The position numbers were made by a program, and so were the translations under genes. Below, in pieces: positions 8,726-17,037 of a DNA stretch of 64,000 nt; positions within the stretch are counted from its first letter, which is position 1; every line of letters starts with the position of its first letter. The notes under the pieces are model-generated. The model searched no databases and was not told the DNA's origin. It worked only from the letters and a program-made list of their open reading frames with translations. The stretch is from an uncultured Actinomycetes bacterium. GTDB lineage: Bacteria > Actinomycetota > Actinomycetes > S36-B12 > UBA10799. The stretch covers positions 81,715 through 145,714 of the forward strand of contig CAWJIH010000005.1 of assembly GCA_963842975.1 (NCBI GenBank). Direction: 5' to 3'.

Positions 8726-8826
8726 CTCCCGGCGGCCTGACATCGCCTGGGTTGGCCGCAACCGGTTGGCTGGGTGGACCGAGGGCGAAGGGTGGCAAGG
8801 CAGCGGCAAGGGTGAATGATGCGGCC

Positions 8827-10374
8827 ATGACGGTGTTGTTTCGAAACGGCACGGTGTGGACCGGGATCTGGCGTGATGGGGAAGTCATCGTCAGTGACGC
8901 GGTCGCCGTGGTTGCGGGTCGGATCGCCGCCCTGGGTGCAGTTGCGCTCGAGATGGCGCAGGGCGCGCAGGTTGTCGACCTCGAGGGAGGTTTCCTGCTT
9001 CCAGGGTTCGGCGACGGCCACGCCCATCCGATGAAGGCCGGGGTAGCCTCACTGTTTGCACCGATCGCGGCGGAGTCCTCCATTGCGGGTGTGCAGCGGA
9101 CGGTGGCCGAATGGGCTGCGGCTCATCCGGATGCGGCCTGGGTGAGAGGTGAGGGATACGACCCGGCGCTTGCCCCCGCGGGGGTGTTTGATCGGGCGTG
9201 GCTCGACGACGTGGTGCCGGATCGCCCAGTGATGCTTCGGGCGTCGGACTACCACACGGCGTGGGTCAACTCTCAGGCGCTTGCTGTGGCCGGCATCGAC
9301 GAAAACACCCCGGATCCACCACGGGGCGTCATCGAACGGGCGCCACTGGGAACCTTGCGAGAGTGGGGTGCCTGGCGGCTCGTCGAGGCGCACTTGCCGC
9401 AGTTGACCGAAAGCCAACGGCGCGCCGCCGCGGGCTGGGCGGTGGACCAGATGGTGGCGAACGGAATCACGTTTGTACAAGATGCGTGGGTCGAAGCCGA
9501 CGAACTTCTGATGTGGCAGTCAGCGCCACTGCGGGTGCGTGCGAACCTGGCGCTGCTGGCGGAACCGGAGAACTGGCGCACGCAGTTGGCATGGTTTGCC
9601 GACGTGCGCGCCCAGGATGCCGATCGGTTGACCGCGCGGAGCATCAAGTTCTTCGCCGACGGAATCGTCGAGGGCGGCACGGCTCACATGCTCGAGCCGT
9701 ACTGCGGCTGCGGCGGTCACGGTGTGGCCAACTGGCCAGCGGACGAGTTGGCCGCGGCAGTCACCGCCGTGGTGGGTGCCGGATTCCAGCCCCACATCCA
9801 CGGTATTGGCGATGCCGGGATCAGAGTGGCGCTGGACGCTTTCGCCGCGGCCGCGCAGGTCCACGGGCACGCCGGGCGGCCGGTGGTTGCCCACTGCCAG
9901 GTGATTGATCGGGCCGACCTCGCGAGGTTTGTCGAGTTGGGCGTCACAGCCAATTTTGAGCCGTATTGGCTCAAGCTGGACCCCGACCAGACGCAACTGT
10001 CGCAGCCGCGGCTCGGGCCAGATAGGTCGAGCCGGCAGTATCAGGTCGCCTCGCTGCTGCGTTCCGGCGCGAATGTGTCGTTCGGCAGCGATTGGCCTAT
10101 CAGCTCGCTGAATCCGTTGGACGGCATTGCGGTGGCGGTGACTCGGCAGCTGCCGGATGGCACGCCTGCGGGCGGATGGCTACCGCAGGAGCGGCTCACC
10201 GTAGATGAGGCCTTGACGGCCTACACGGCCGGCGTCGCTCGACAGGTCGGGGCCGAGGACTTCGGCACCTTGCGGCCAGGCAATCGTGCCGAATTCGCAT
10301 GGTTGGCTGTGGATCCCCGCACCGTGGACCCGTTGGCCATTGGTGACATCGAGATCCGGCGCCTGCCGGTGTAG
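8827..10374 (+). CDS. Amidohydrolase-3 (YtcJ-like) metal-dependent hydrolase
   Basis: Starts MTVLFRNGTVWTG, then LLPGFGDGHAHP (HxH metal site), with C-terminal FGSDWPIS. About 515 aa. Confidence 0.8.
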   Translation: MTVLFRNGTVWTGIWRDGEVIVSDAVAVVAGRIAALGAVALEMAQGAQVVDLEGGFLLPGFGDGHAHPMKAGVASLFAPIAAESSIAGVQRTVAEWAAAHPDAAWVRGEGYDPALAPAGVFDRAWLDDVVPDRPVMLRASDYHTAWVNSQALAVAGIDENTPDPPRGVIERAPLGTLREWGAWRLVEAHLPQLTESQRRAAAGWAVDQMVANGITFVQDAWVEADELLMWQSAPLRVRANLALLAEPENWRTQLAWFADVRAQDADRLTARSIKFFADGIVEGGTAHMLEPYCGCGGHGVANWPADELAAAVTAVVGAGFQPHIHGIGDAGIRVALDAFAAAAQVHGHAGRPVVAHCQVIDRADLARFVELGVTANFEPYWLKLDPDQTQLSQPRLGPDRSSRQYQVASLLRSGANVSFGSDWPISSLNPLDGIAVAVTRQLPDGTPAGGWLPQERLTVDEALTAYTAGVARQVGAEDFGTLRPGNRAEFAWLAVDPRTVDPLAIGDIEIRRLPV

Positions 10375-10382
10375 CCTCGCCG

Positions 10383-11891
10383 CTACTCCTCTGGCACCAG
10401 CACGGGGGAGTCGTGGTGCAGGGTCTTGCCTCGGAAGAAGTCCGGCATGAAGATCATCGTCACCGCCATCAGCACCGCACCCAAGGCCAATGATCCGACG
10501 CCGATCACGAACACCCCGCCGATTCCCCAAATGGTGGTGTAGCCGTAGTCCGGATTCAACGAATCGTAGGCGCTTTGGAACAAGGCGTACGTCAAGATCA
10601 GTGCCCCAGCCAGCGGGAAAATGAACTTGTTGAAGAGTTCTTTGGGGCCGCTGCGCAGCGACTGCTTGCGGAAGAACCACACCGCCGCCCAGCCCGTGAG
10701 CCCGTAGTAGAAGGCGATTGCCAAGCTGGTGGAGGCGACTGCGTCCTGCAACACGTTCGAACTGATCAGGCTCAGGCCGATGAATAGCGCGATTGAGACG
10801 ACGCCCATCATCGTGGTCGAAAACGACGGCGTCATGTAGCGGGGGTGCACTACCGCGAACCGCCGTGGAATCGCGCGGTAGACGGCCATCGCCAAAGTGC
10901 CCCGCGCGGTCGGCAAGATGGTGGTCATCATCGAGGAGATCGCGGAAACCAGCACGGTGAAAGCAAGCAGTTTCGCGCCGAACACACCGAGCACTGGTTC
11001 GGCCCAGATCGCGAAGATGTCGGAGGCGTCTTCCTCGCTGGACAGCTCGTTGATCCCCAAGTACGACAGTGCGGCAATCGTCACGAACACATACAGGAAC
11101 ATCAAGATGATGGTCGAGAGGATGGCGGCACGGCCGGGGGTGGTGGTTGCGTCGTCGGTCTCCTCGTTGACAGCCAAGGTGGTGTCGAAGCCCCAGTAGA
11201 TGAACAGGCACAGCAGGAAACCTTGCACAAAGGCCGACCACGACGAGATCTCGAACGGGTTGAACCATGACACTTGCGGAAGCATCGACAGCTCACCGAA
11301 ACCGCCGCCACCGGCGACCGAGACCAGCGACACGATGCTGAGCATTCCCAAGGACACAATCTGCAGCGCGACCATGGCGTACTGCAGTTTTGCGGCGCCT
11401 TCGATGCCGCGGTAGGTGATGTAGGTCATGATCGCAACGAAGATGCTCCCGGTTGCGAGCATGACGAAGGTGTTCGCGGCTAGGTCGGGTAATCCGATCA
11501 GACTGTAGAAATAGTTGGCGGTCACCTCAGCGGCACTGGTCATGAAGATGATGCCAGCAATTGCAATACCCCAACCGCCCATCCAGCCGGTCTTCGGCCC
11601 GAAGGCTTTGGTGGCCCAGGTGAAGGTGGTGCCACAGTCGGGAATGACACTGTTGAGTTCCCGGTAGGCGACCGCGGTGAGCCACATAGGCACGAAGGCC
11701 AGCAGCATCACGATCGGTGCCTGGTTCCCGACCGCCATCGCCACGAACGCGATGGTGGCCGCCAGCGAATATGCCGGCGCAGTCGAGGCCAATCCCAGGT
11801 TGACCGTAGACCACAGCCCAAGTGCGCCCTTGCGAAGACCTTTGTCCAGGTCGAGGTCGGCCTCGACCTCGGAGTAGCCCTCGATTGCCAT
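10383..11891 (-). CDS. APC-superfamily amino acid/polyamine permease
   Basis: 502 aa with about 12 TM segments. N-terminal LRKGALGLWSTVNLGLASTAPAYSL is typical of APC transporters. The frame is closed 4 codons upstream of the ATG. Confidence 0.85.
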   Translation of the reverse strand: MAIEGYSEVEADLDLDKGLRKGALGLWSTVNLGLASTAPAYSLAATIAFVAMAVGNQAPIVMLLAFVPMWLTAVAYRELNSVIPDCGTTFTWATKAFGPKTGWMGGWGIAIAGIIFMTSAAEVTANYFYSLIGLPDLAANTFVMLATGSIFVAIMTYITYRGIEGAAKLQYAMVALQIVSLGMLSIVSLVSVAGGGGFGELSMLPQVSWFNPFEISSWSAFVQGFLLCLFIYWGFDTTLAVNEETDDATTTPGRAAILSTIILMFLYVFVTIAALSYLGINELSSEEDASDIFAIWAEPVLGVFGAKLLAFTVLVSAISSMMTTILPTARGTLAMAVYRAIPRRFAVVHPRYMTPSFSTTMMGVVSIALFIGLSLISSNVLQDAVASTSLAIAFYYGLTGWAAVWFFRKQSLRSGPKELFNKFIFPLAGALILTYALFQSAYDSLNPDYGYTTIWGIGGVFVIGVGSLALGAVLMAVTMIFMPDFFRGKTLHHDSPVLVPEE

Positions 11892-11897
11892 GAGCGA

Positions 11898-11903
11898 ACG
11901 CTA
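11898..11903 (-). promoter_or_regulatory. -10-like hexamer TAGCGT, 6 nt upstream of the permease ATG (leaderless candidate)
   Basis: The minus strand reads TAGCGT-TCGCTC-ATG. Confidence 0.4.
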
Positions 11904-11959
11904 AAGCAAGAGTGCGGCCGATGCTGCCATATAGGCTTCTGCCACGCATGATCAGCTCC

Positions 11960-11975
11960 TTCCGGTCGACCGGAA
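11960..11975. promoter_or_regulatory. Perfect 16-bp palindrome TTCCGGTCGACCGGAA in the divergent permease / saccharopine-DH intergenic region
   Basis: Seen directly, centred in the 126-bp divergent promoter region. Candidate operator. No regulator gene is adjacent. Confidence 0.4.
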
Positions 11976-12017
11976 CATCTCAGCGGCGTTGGTAGCCGCA
12001 GTCAGGAGGACAGTCGG

Positions 12018-13247
12018 ATGCGGGTACTCATGCTTGGTGCCGGTGGGGTGGGGGAGTCGGCGGCGCTGATCGCGGCCAGGAGAGACTTCTTCGAAGCCTG
12101 GGTGGTCGCCGATTACGACCTTGCACGGGCCCAACGGGTGGTCGATCGCACCGGGGATCCGCGATTCGTCGCCGCCCAGGTGGATGCCAATGACTTCACC
12201 GAGTTGGCGGCGCTGGCGCAACAACATGGAGCCACCCACATGCTCAACGTGGTGGACCCTCGCTTCGTGATGAACACCTTTGAGGCGGCGCGGCTCGCAG
12301 GTTGCGACTACCTCGACACCGCGATGAGTCTGTCCAGCAAGCATCCAGAGGAACCGTATTCGAAGACCGGCGTGAAGTTGGGTGACCTGCAGTTCGCCGA
12401 GGCCGACGAATGGGAGCGCAACGAACGCCTGGCGCTGATCGGGATCGGCGTGGAGCCCGGGCTGGTGGACGTCTTCGCTCGATATGCCCACGACAAGCTG
12501 TTCAGCGAGATCGACGAACTCGGGGTGCGCGACGCATCCAACATGGTGGTGGCGGGCTACGACTTCGCACCGTCTTTCTCGATCTGGACAGTGATTGAGG
12601 AATGCCTGAATCCGCCGATCGTTTGGGAGAAGGACGAAGGCTGGTACACCACAGAACCCTTCTCAGGTGCGGAGGTTTTCGACTTCCCGGAGGGAATCGG
12701 CCCGGTGGAAGTTGTCAATGTGGAGCACGAAGAAGTGGTCCTCATGCCGCGCTGGATTCCGGCGCAGAAGGTGACCTTTAAGTTCGGCCTTGGCGACGAA
12801 TTCATCGAGGTACTGAAGACGCTGCACAAACTGGGCCTGGACAAGGTCGAACCGGTGAACGTTCGGGGCCACCAAGTCAGCCCCCGCGATGTGGTCGCCG
12901 CTTGTCTGCCGGATCCAGCGAGTTTGGGCGACCGGATCACCGGGAAGACCTGCGCTGGCCTATACGTCACCGGTCGCGGCAAAGATGGCCAGCCACGGGC
13001 GGTGTACATCTACCACGTTGCCGACAACGCGTGGACGATGAGCGAATACGGCACCCAGGCAGTGGTGTGGCAAACCGGTATGAATCCGGTGGTGGCGTTG
13101 GAGTTGCTGGCCACCGGGGAGTGGTCAGGCGCAGGGGTGCTCGGGCCGGAAGCCTTCCCGGCCGAACCATTCCTGGACTTGCTGCGCGACGGTTACGGTC
13201 AGCAGTGGGTTATCCAGGAACGTCCCGCGACTTCGGCGGGCTCCTGA
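12018..13247 (+). CDS. Saccharopine dehydrogenase family NAD(P)-binding enzyme
   Basis: N-terminal Rossmann motif MRVLMLGAGGVGES. 409 aa, with the length and layout typical of Sacchrp_dh_NADP plus C-terminal domain proteins. SD AGGAGGA upstream. Confidence 0.75.
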   Translation: MRVLMLGAGGVGESAALIAARRDFFEAWVVADYDLARAQRVVDRTGDPRFVAAQVDANDFTELAALAQQHGATHMLNVVDPRFVMNTFEAARLAGCDYLDTAMSLSSKHPEEPYSKTGVKLGDLQFAEADEWERNERLALIGIGVEPGLVDVFARYAHDKLFSEIDELGVRDASNMVVAGYDFAPSFSIWTVIEECLNPPIVWEKDEGWYTTEPFSGAEVFDFPEGIGPVEVVNVEHEEVVLMPRWIPAQKVTFKFGLGDEFIEVLKTLHKLGLDKVEPVNVRGHQVSPRDVVAACLPDPASLGDRITGKTCAGLYVTGRGKDGQPRAVYIYHVADNAWTMSEYGTQAVVWQTGMNPVVALELLATGEWSGAGVLGPEAFPAEPFLDLLRDGYGQQWVIQERPATSAGS

Positions 13248-13250
13248 CCC

Positions 13251-14594
13251 CTATCGGGTCCCAGCTGCGAGGGCCTCGCCGACGACGTCCAGGCCCTCGT
13301 GGAGCAGCTCGTTCGGGATCGTGAGCGGCGGCAGAAACCGGATCACATTGCCGTGGGTACCCGCGGTCAGCACCATCACGCCCTGGGCATGGCAGTGCTT
13401 GGCGATAGCAGCGGTCAATGCCGCGTCTGGCCTGCCGGTGTCCGGGTCCACAAACTCCACCCCGATCATCGCGCCGCGGCCGCGGATGTCGCCGATCTGC
13501 GGATGCGCTTCGGCCATGGCGCCTAGACGGTCGTAGAAGATGGCCCCGATTTCTCGCGCCCGGGCTACCAACCCTTCGTTCTCGATGGCGTCCAGAGCGC
13601 CCATCGCAGCGGCACACGCGGTGGGATTGCCGCCGTAGGTGCCACCCAGGCCGCCTGGATGCACCGCATCCATGAGTTCGGCCCGTCCGGTGACAGCAGC
13701 CAGCGGCAGCCCCCCGGCCATTCCTTTTGCCATCGTCATCATGTCCGGTACGACGCCTTCATGGTCGCAGGCGAACATGTCGCCGGTGCGGGCGAAGCCG
13801 GTCTGGACTTCGTCGGCGATGAAGACGATCCCGTGGTTGCGACAGTACTGGGCCAGCATGGACAGGAAACCGGGGGCGGGATCGATGAAACCGCCTTCGC
13901 CCGCGATCGGCTCGATGATGATGGCGGCCACGTTGTCGCCGCCTAACTCGCGATCGATTCGCGTCATCGCGTGCTCTGCGGCTTGCATGCCGGTGCGGCC
14001 GTCATGGAACGGGTAGGAACCGGCCACGCGATAGATCTCTGGCGCGAAGGGGCCAAAGTGCTGCTTGTAGGGCATGTTCTTGGCGGTCAACGCCAGTGTG
14101 AGGTTCGTCCGGCCGTGGTAGCCGTGTTCAAAGGCCACGACCGCTTGCCGACCGGTCGCGTGGCGGGCGATCTTGACCGCGTTCTCCACCGCCTCGGCAC
14201 CGGAGTTGAACAGGGCGGTTCGTTTCTCATGATCCCCAGGCGTGAGCGCGTTGAGCCTTTCGGAGACCGCCAGATAGATCTCGTAGGGATTCACCATGAA
14301 GCAGGTGTGGGTGAACGACTGGACTTGCGCCTGAACGCCGGCGACGACGGCGGGGTTGGAGTTCCCGACGCTGGTCACCGCGATCCCAGAGCCAAGGTCG
14401 ATCAGCGAGTTGCCGTCGACATCGACGAGGACCCCACCCCCAGCGGCGACAACGTAGACCGGTAGCACGACGCCGACCCCAGCGCTGACAGCCTGCTTTC
14501 GTCGCTGATCGAGTTCCGCTGACTTCGGGCCGGGGATGGCTGTGACGACGCGTCGTTCCTGCGGCAACCCGGGGCCGCCGATCATGTGCTCCAT
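13251..14594 (-). CDS. gabT: 4-aminobutyrate--2-oxoglutarate aminotransferase (class III PLP aminotransferase)
   Basis: GIAVTSVGNSNP, FNSGAEAVENAVKIAR, EPIAGEGGF, ADEVQTGFARTG and MTMAKGMAGG (PLP lysine). The 14594 start is supported by TATTCT-N6-ATG. An alternative ATG lies at 14624. Confidence 0.85.
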   Translation of the reverse strand: MEHMIGGPGLPQERRVVTAIPGPKSAELDQRRKQAVSAGVGVVLPVYVVAAGGGVLVDVDGNSLIDLGSGIAVTSVGNSNPAVVAGVQAQVQSFTHTCFMVNPYEIYLAVSERLNALTPGDHEKRTALFNSGAEAVENAVKIARHATGRQAVVAFEHGYHGRTNLTLALTAKNMPYKQHFGPFAPEIYRVAGSYPFHDGRTGMQAAEHAMTRIDRELGGDNVAAIIIEPIAGEGGFIDPAPGFLSMLAQYCRNHGIVFIADEVQTGFARTGDMFACDHEGVVPDMMTMAKGMAGGLPLAAVTGRAELMDAVHPGGLGGTYGGNPTACAAAMGALDAIENEGLVARAREIGAIFYDRLGAMAEAHPQIGDIRGRGAMIGVEFVDPDTGRPDAALTAAIAKHCHAQGVMVLTAGTHGNVIRFLPPLTIPNELLHEGLDVVGEALAAGTR

Positions 14595-14600
14595 GCGATC

Positions 14601-14606
14601 AGAATA
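14601..14606 (-). promoter_or_regulatory. -10-like hexamer TATTCT, 6 nt upstream of the gabT ATG (leaderless candidate)
   Basis: The minus strand reads TATTCT-GATCGC-ATG. Confidence 0.4.
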
Positions 14607-14788
14607 GGTCAGCAGGGCCAGCATCGCCTGATTCGCCCGCAGCCGAGAGCGGGACGGTCCGCAACCGCGGTGAGGGCGGAATCCTCGGCGCCAGCTTCAA
14701 CGAGATGCGAGATCCAAGCAAGGCGTGGGCACGAACCACACTTTCGTGAGCGATTGGGCCGGTGAACGCAGTTGCGGTTCGGGCGGGC

Positions 14789-14794
14789 TAGCCT
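14789..14794 (+). promoter_or_regulatory. -10-like hexamer TAGCCT, 6 nt upstream of ATG 14801 (leaderless candidate)
   Basis: TAGCCT-GGGCCA-ATG. Confidence 0.4.
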
Positions 14795-14800
14795 GGGCCA

Positions 14801-15559
14801 ATGGGGACAGGGGAATCGTGTCAGTCATGTGGGGCCCACCTTCTGGACAGCCAGACCTACTGCACGTCGTGCGGCGCGGTCGTGCGCGCACGCCAGCAAC
14901 CGGAGCAGTTAGCGCCTGATTCCGTACCCAGCTCATCCAAGGTGAAGCCAGCCTGGCCGCTACTGGCCGCGGCCGGTGGAGTCGTGGCGATTGCCCTGCT
15001 CGGTGGCGGTCTGTTGTGGGCGTCGTCAGGCGGCAGCCAAGATCCGGAGGCGGTCAGCGCCGTCGTCACCCCGCCTAGCGCACCGCCAACGTCGGCGGCA
15101 AGTCCCGCGCCCGTCGTCACGGTGACGGCGACGGCGACCACCGTGGTGGAGACCCCGGCGCCCACGGAAACCGTCTACATCACACCCGAGCGCAGCGGCC
15201 AGTCGTCAGCACCCGACTACTCCAGCGGAACAACTTTCGCCGGCTACTGGAGCGGAAGTATCCAAGGGGACTACTCGAACTATCGAGTTGTGCTCGACCT
15301 TGACGAAAGCATCAGCGGTTGGGTCAGCGGCACGGTCACGACTACGAAACTCCGCGACGGCAGCACTGGTGTGTGGGAAATTTCCGGCACTGCTTCGGGT
15401 GATCGCGTCGTGCTGACCCCCGATAATTGGATCAGCCGGCCGAACAGCACCTGGGAGCGGGACACTGTCACTCTCGTCAACTCCGGCGGCACCCTGACCG
15501 CGTCATTCGTGGATCCGCGGGAACCGAACAAGACGTGGGGCAGCACCGTCCTGTCGTAG
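14801..15559 (+). CDS. Zinc-ribbon membrane-anchored protein of unknown function
   Basis: N-terminal CQSCG...CTSCG zinc ribbon, one TM helix (WPLLAAAGGVVAIALLGGGLLWA), a P/T/S/A-rich linker, then a ~110-aa C-terminal domain I cannot assign. Confidence 0.65.
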   Translation: MGTGESCQSCGAHLLDSQTYCTSCGAVVRARQQPEQLAPDSVPSSSKVKPAWPLLAAAGGVVAIALLGGGLLWASSGGSQDPEAVSAVVTPPSAPPTSAASPAPVVTVTATATTVVETPAPTETVYITPERSGQSSAPDYSSGTTFAGYWSGSIQGDYSNYRVVLDLDESISGWVSGTVTTTKLRDGSTGVWEISGTASGDRVVLTPDNWISRPNSTWERDTVTLVNSGGTLTASFVDPREPNKTWGSTVLS

Positions 15560-15584
15560 ACCAGTGACGGCATCCGCTTGTGGC

Positions 15585-15590
15585 TAGGCT
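15585..15590 (+). promoter_or_regulatory. -10-like hexamer TAGGCT, 7 nt upstream of ATG 15598 (leaderless candidate)
   Basis: TAGGCT-GGCGGCT-ATG. Confidence 0.45.
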
Positions 15591-15597
15591 GGCGGCT

Positions 15598-17037
15598 ATG
15601 GCCATTATTCCGTTTTACGTTGCCGGTCGAGCCGAGTCTTCTGCCACCGAGCGTGACGTTCTCAGCCCCTACGATGGCGCGCTGGTGGGCACTTACGCCG
15701 TGCCGGGCCCAGCGGACATCGAGACGGCGATCGCCGCTGCCACCGAGGCGTTGCCGGAAACCCGCACGCTCAGCGCCGCCACCAGAGCAGGTGCCCTCGA
15801 CCACATCAGTGCCCAACTTGCTGCCAGATCCGACGAAGTTGCTGCGCTGATCACCGCGGAGAACGGCAAACCCGCGATGTGGGCCCGCGCCGAAGTTGCC
15901 CGGGCGGTCTCCACTTTCCGCTGGGCGGCGGAGGAGGCCCGCCGCTTTTCGGGTGAACTCCAACGACTTGACACCGATCCGGCCGCAGCCGGGCGACTGG
16001 CATTGGTGCGCCGATTCGCCGCTGGCCCGGTGCTCGGGATTTCCCCGTTCAACTTCCCCTTGAACCTCGTCGCCCACAAGGTGGCCCCGGCGATCGCCGC
16101 TGGAGCGCCAATCCTGCTGAAACCTGCGCCCAAGACCCCGCTGTCGGCCCTGCTGCTCGGAGAGATCCTGGCAGAGACCGATCTACCTGCTGGCTCGTGG
16201 TCGATCCTGCCGGCCGACGACGCAGATGCCCCTGGCATGGTCGCTGATCCGCGCCTACCCGTTATCAGTTTCACGGGGTCGGAGAAGGTCGGCTACGCGA
16301 TTCAGGCGGCGGTGCCGGCCAAGCGAGTGATCCTCGAACTTGGCGGCAACGCAGCGGCGGTGGTGATGGCCGACTTCGACAGTGAGGCCGACCTCGACTG
16401 GGCAGCCTCCCGGATCGCGACCTTCGGCAACTATCAGGCCGGCCAGTCGTGCATCTCGGTGCAGCGGGTGTACGTCCATTCGGCTCTGGCAGCGGAGTTC
16501 ACCGAGATCTTGACCGCCAAGATCGAAGCACTGGCCACCGGAAATCCAGGAGATCCCGAGACCGTGGTCGGTCCCATGATCAACGTTGAAGCTGCTGCCC
16601 GGGTCGAGTCCTGGGTCGGTGAGGCGGTCGCCGAAGGCGCGACGGTGCTGTCGGGGGGCACCCGGCTCGGCACCGAGATGGCGCCGACTTTGTTGAGCAA
16701 CGTGTCGACGGCATCAAAGTGCTACAACGAGGAGGTCTTCGGTCCGGTGATGACGCTGAGCACCTTTGACACCGTGGACGAGGTTTTTGCGGCCGTCAAC
16801 TCTTCCCGATTCGGCCTCCAGGCGGGTGTGTTCACCAAGGACATTCACACGGCTTTCCGGGCCCACGCCGAACTGGAAGTCGGCGGGGTCATCATCGGAG
16901 ACGTGCCGAGCTACCGGGCCGACCAGATGCCCTATGGCGGGGTGAAGAACTCTGGAGTCGGCCGGGAGGGCCTGCGCCACGCGATGGATGACTACACCGA
17001 TGTGCGGGTGATGGTGCTGACCGGACTGGAGTTGTGA
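15598..17037 (+). CDS. NAD(P)-dependent aldehyde dehydrogenase family protein
   Basis: FNFPLNLVAHKVAPAIAAGAPILLKPA, ELGGNAA, catalytic GQSCISVQR and EEVFGPV. An in-frame GTG at 15580 is an alternative start. Confidence 0.85.
   Translation: MAIIPFYVAGRAESSATERDVLSPYDGALVGTYAVPGPADIETAIAAATEALPETRTLSAATRAGALDHISAQLAARSDEVAALITAENGKPAMWARAEVARAVSTFRWAAEEARRFSGELQRLDTDPAAAGRLALVRRFAAGPVLGISPFNFPLNLVAHKVAPAIAAGAPILLKPAPKTPLSALLLGEILAETDLPAGSWSILPADDADAPGMVADPRLPVISFTGSEKVGYAIQAAVPAKRVILELGGNAAAVVMADFDSEADLDWAASRIATFGNYQAGQSCISVQRVYVHSALAAEFTEILTAKIEALATGNPGDPETVVGPMINVEAAARVESWVGEAVAEGATVLSGGTRLGTEMAPTLLSNVSTASKCYNEEVFGPVMTLSTFDTVDEVFAAVNSSRFGLQAGVFTKDIHTAFRAHAELEVGGVIIGDVPSYRADQMPYGGVKNSGVGREGLRHAMDDYTDVRVMVLTGLEL

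Noticed and set aside
8752-8826. N-terminal extensions suggested by the ORF track for several genes: amidohydrolase from 8752, ftsK from 48253, dapA from 45555, recA from 59543, clgR to 54008, TetR to 42684, and vapC to 5879.
   Set aside because: The extensions overlap upstream genes or repeat DNA, have non-protein-like composition, and are contradicted by SD or leaderless -10 signals at the downstream starts.
11527-11949. ORF with a strong GGAAGGAG Shine-Dalgarno and ATG 11949, upstream of and overlapping the APC permease out of frame (possible fourth frameshift or uORF).
   Set aside because: The 140-aa translation is R/G/H-rich off-frame sequence. The permease frame is closed by a TAG four codons upstream of its own ATG. 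The permease also has its own TAGCGT-N6-ATG leaderless signal. The SD is more simply explained as half of the 16-bp palindrome.
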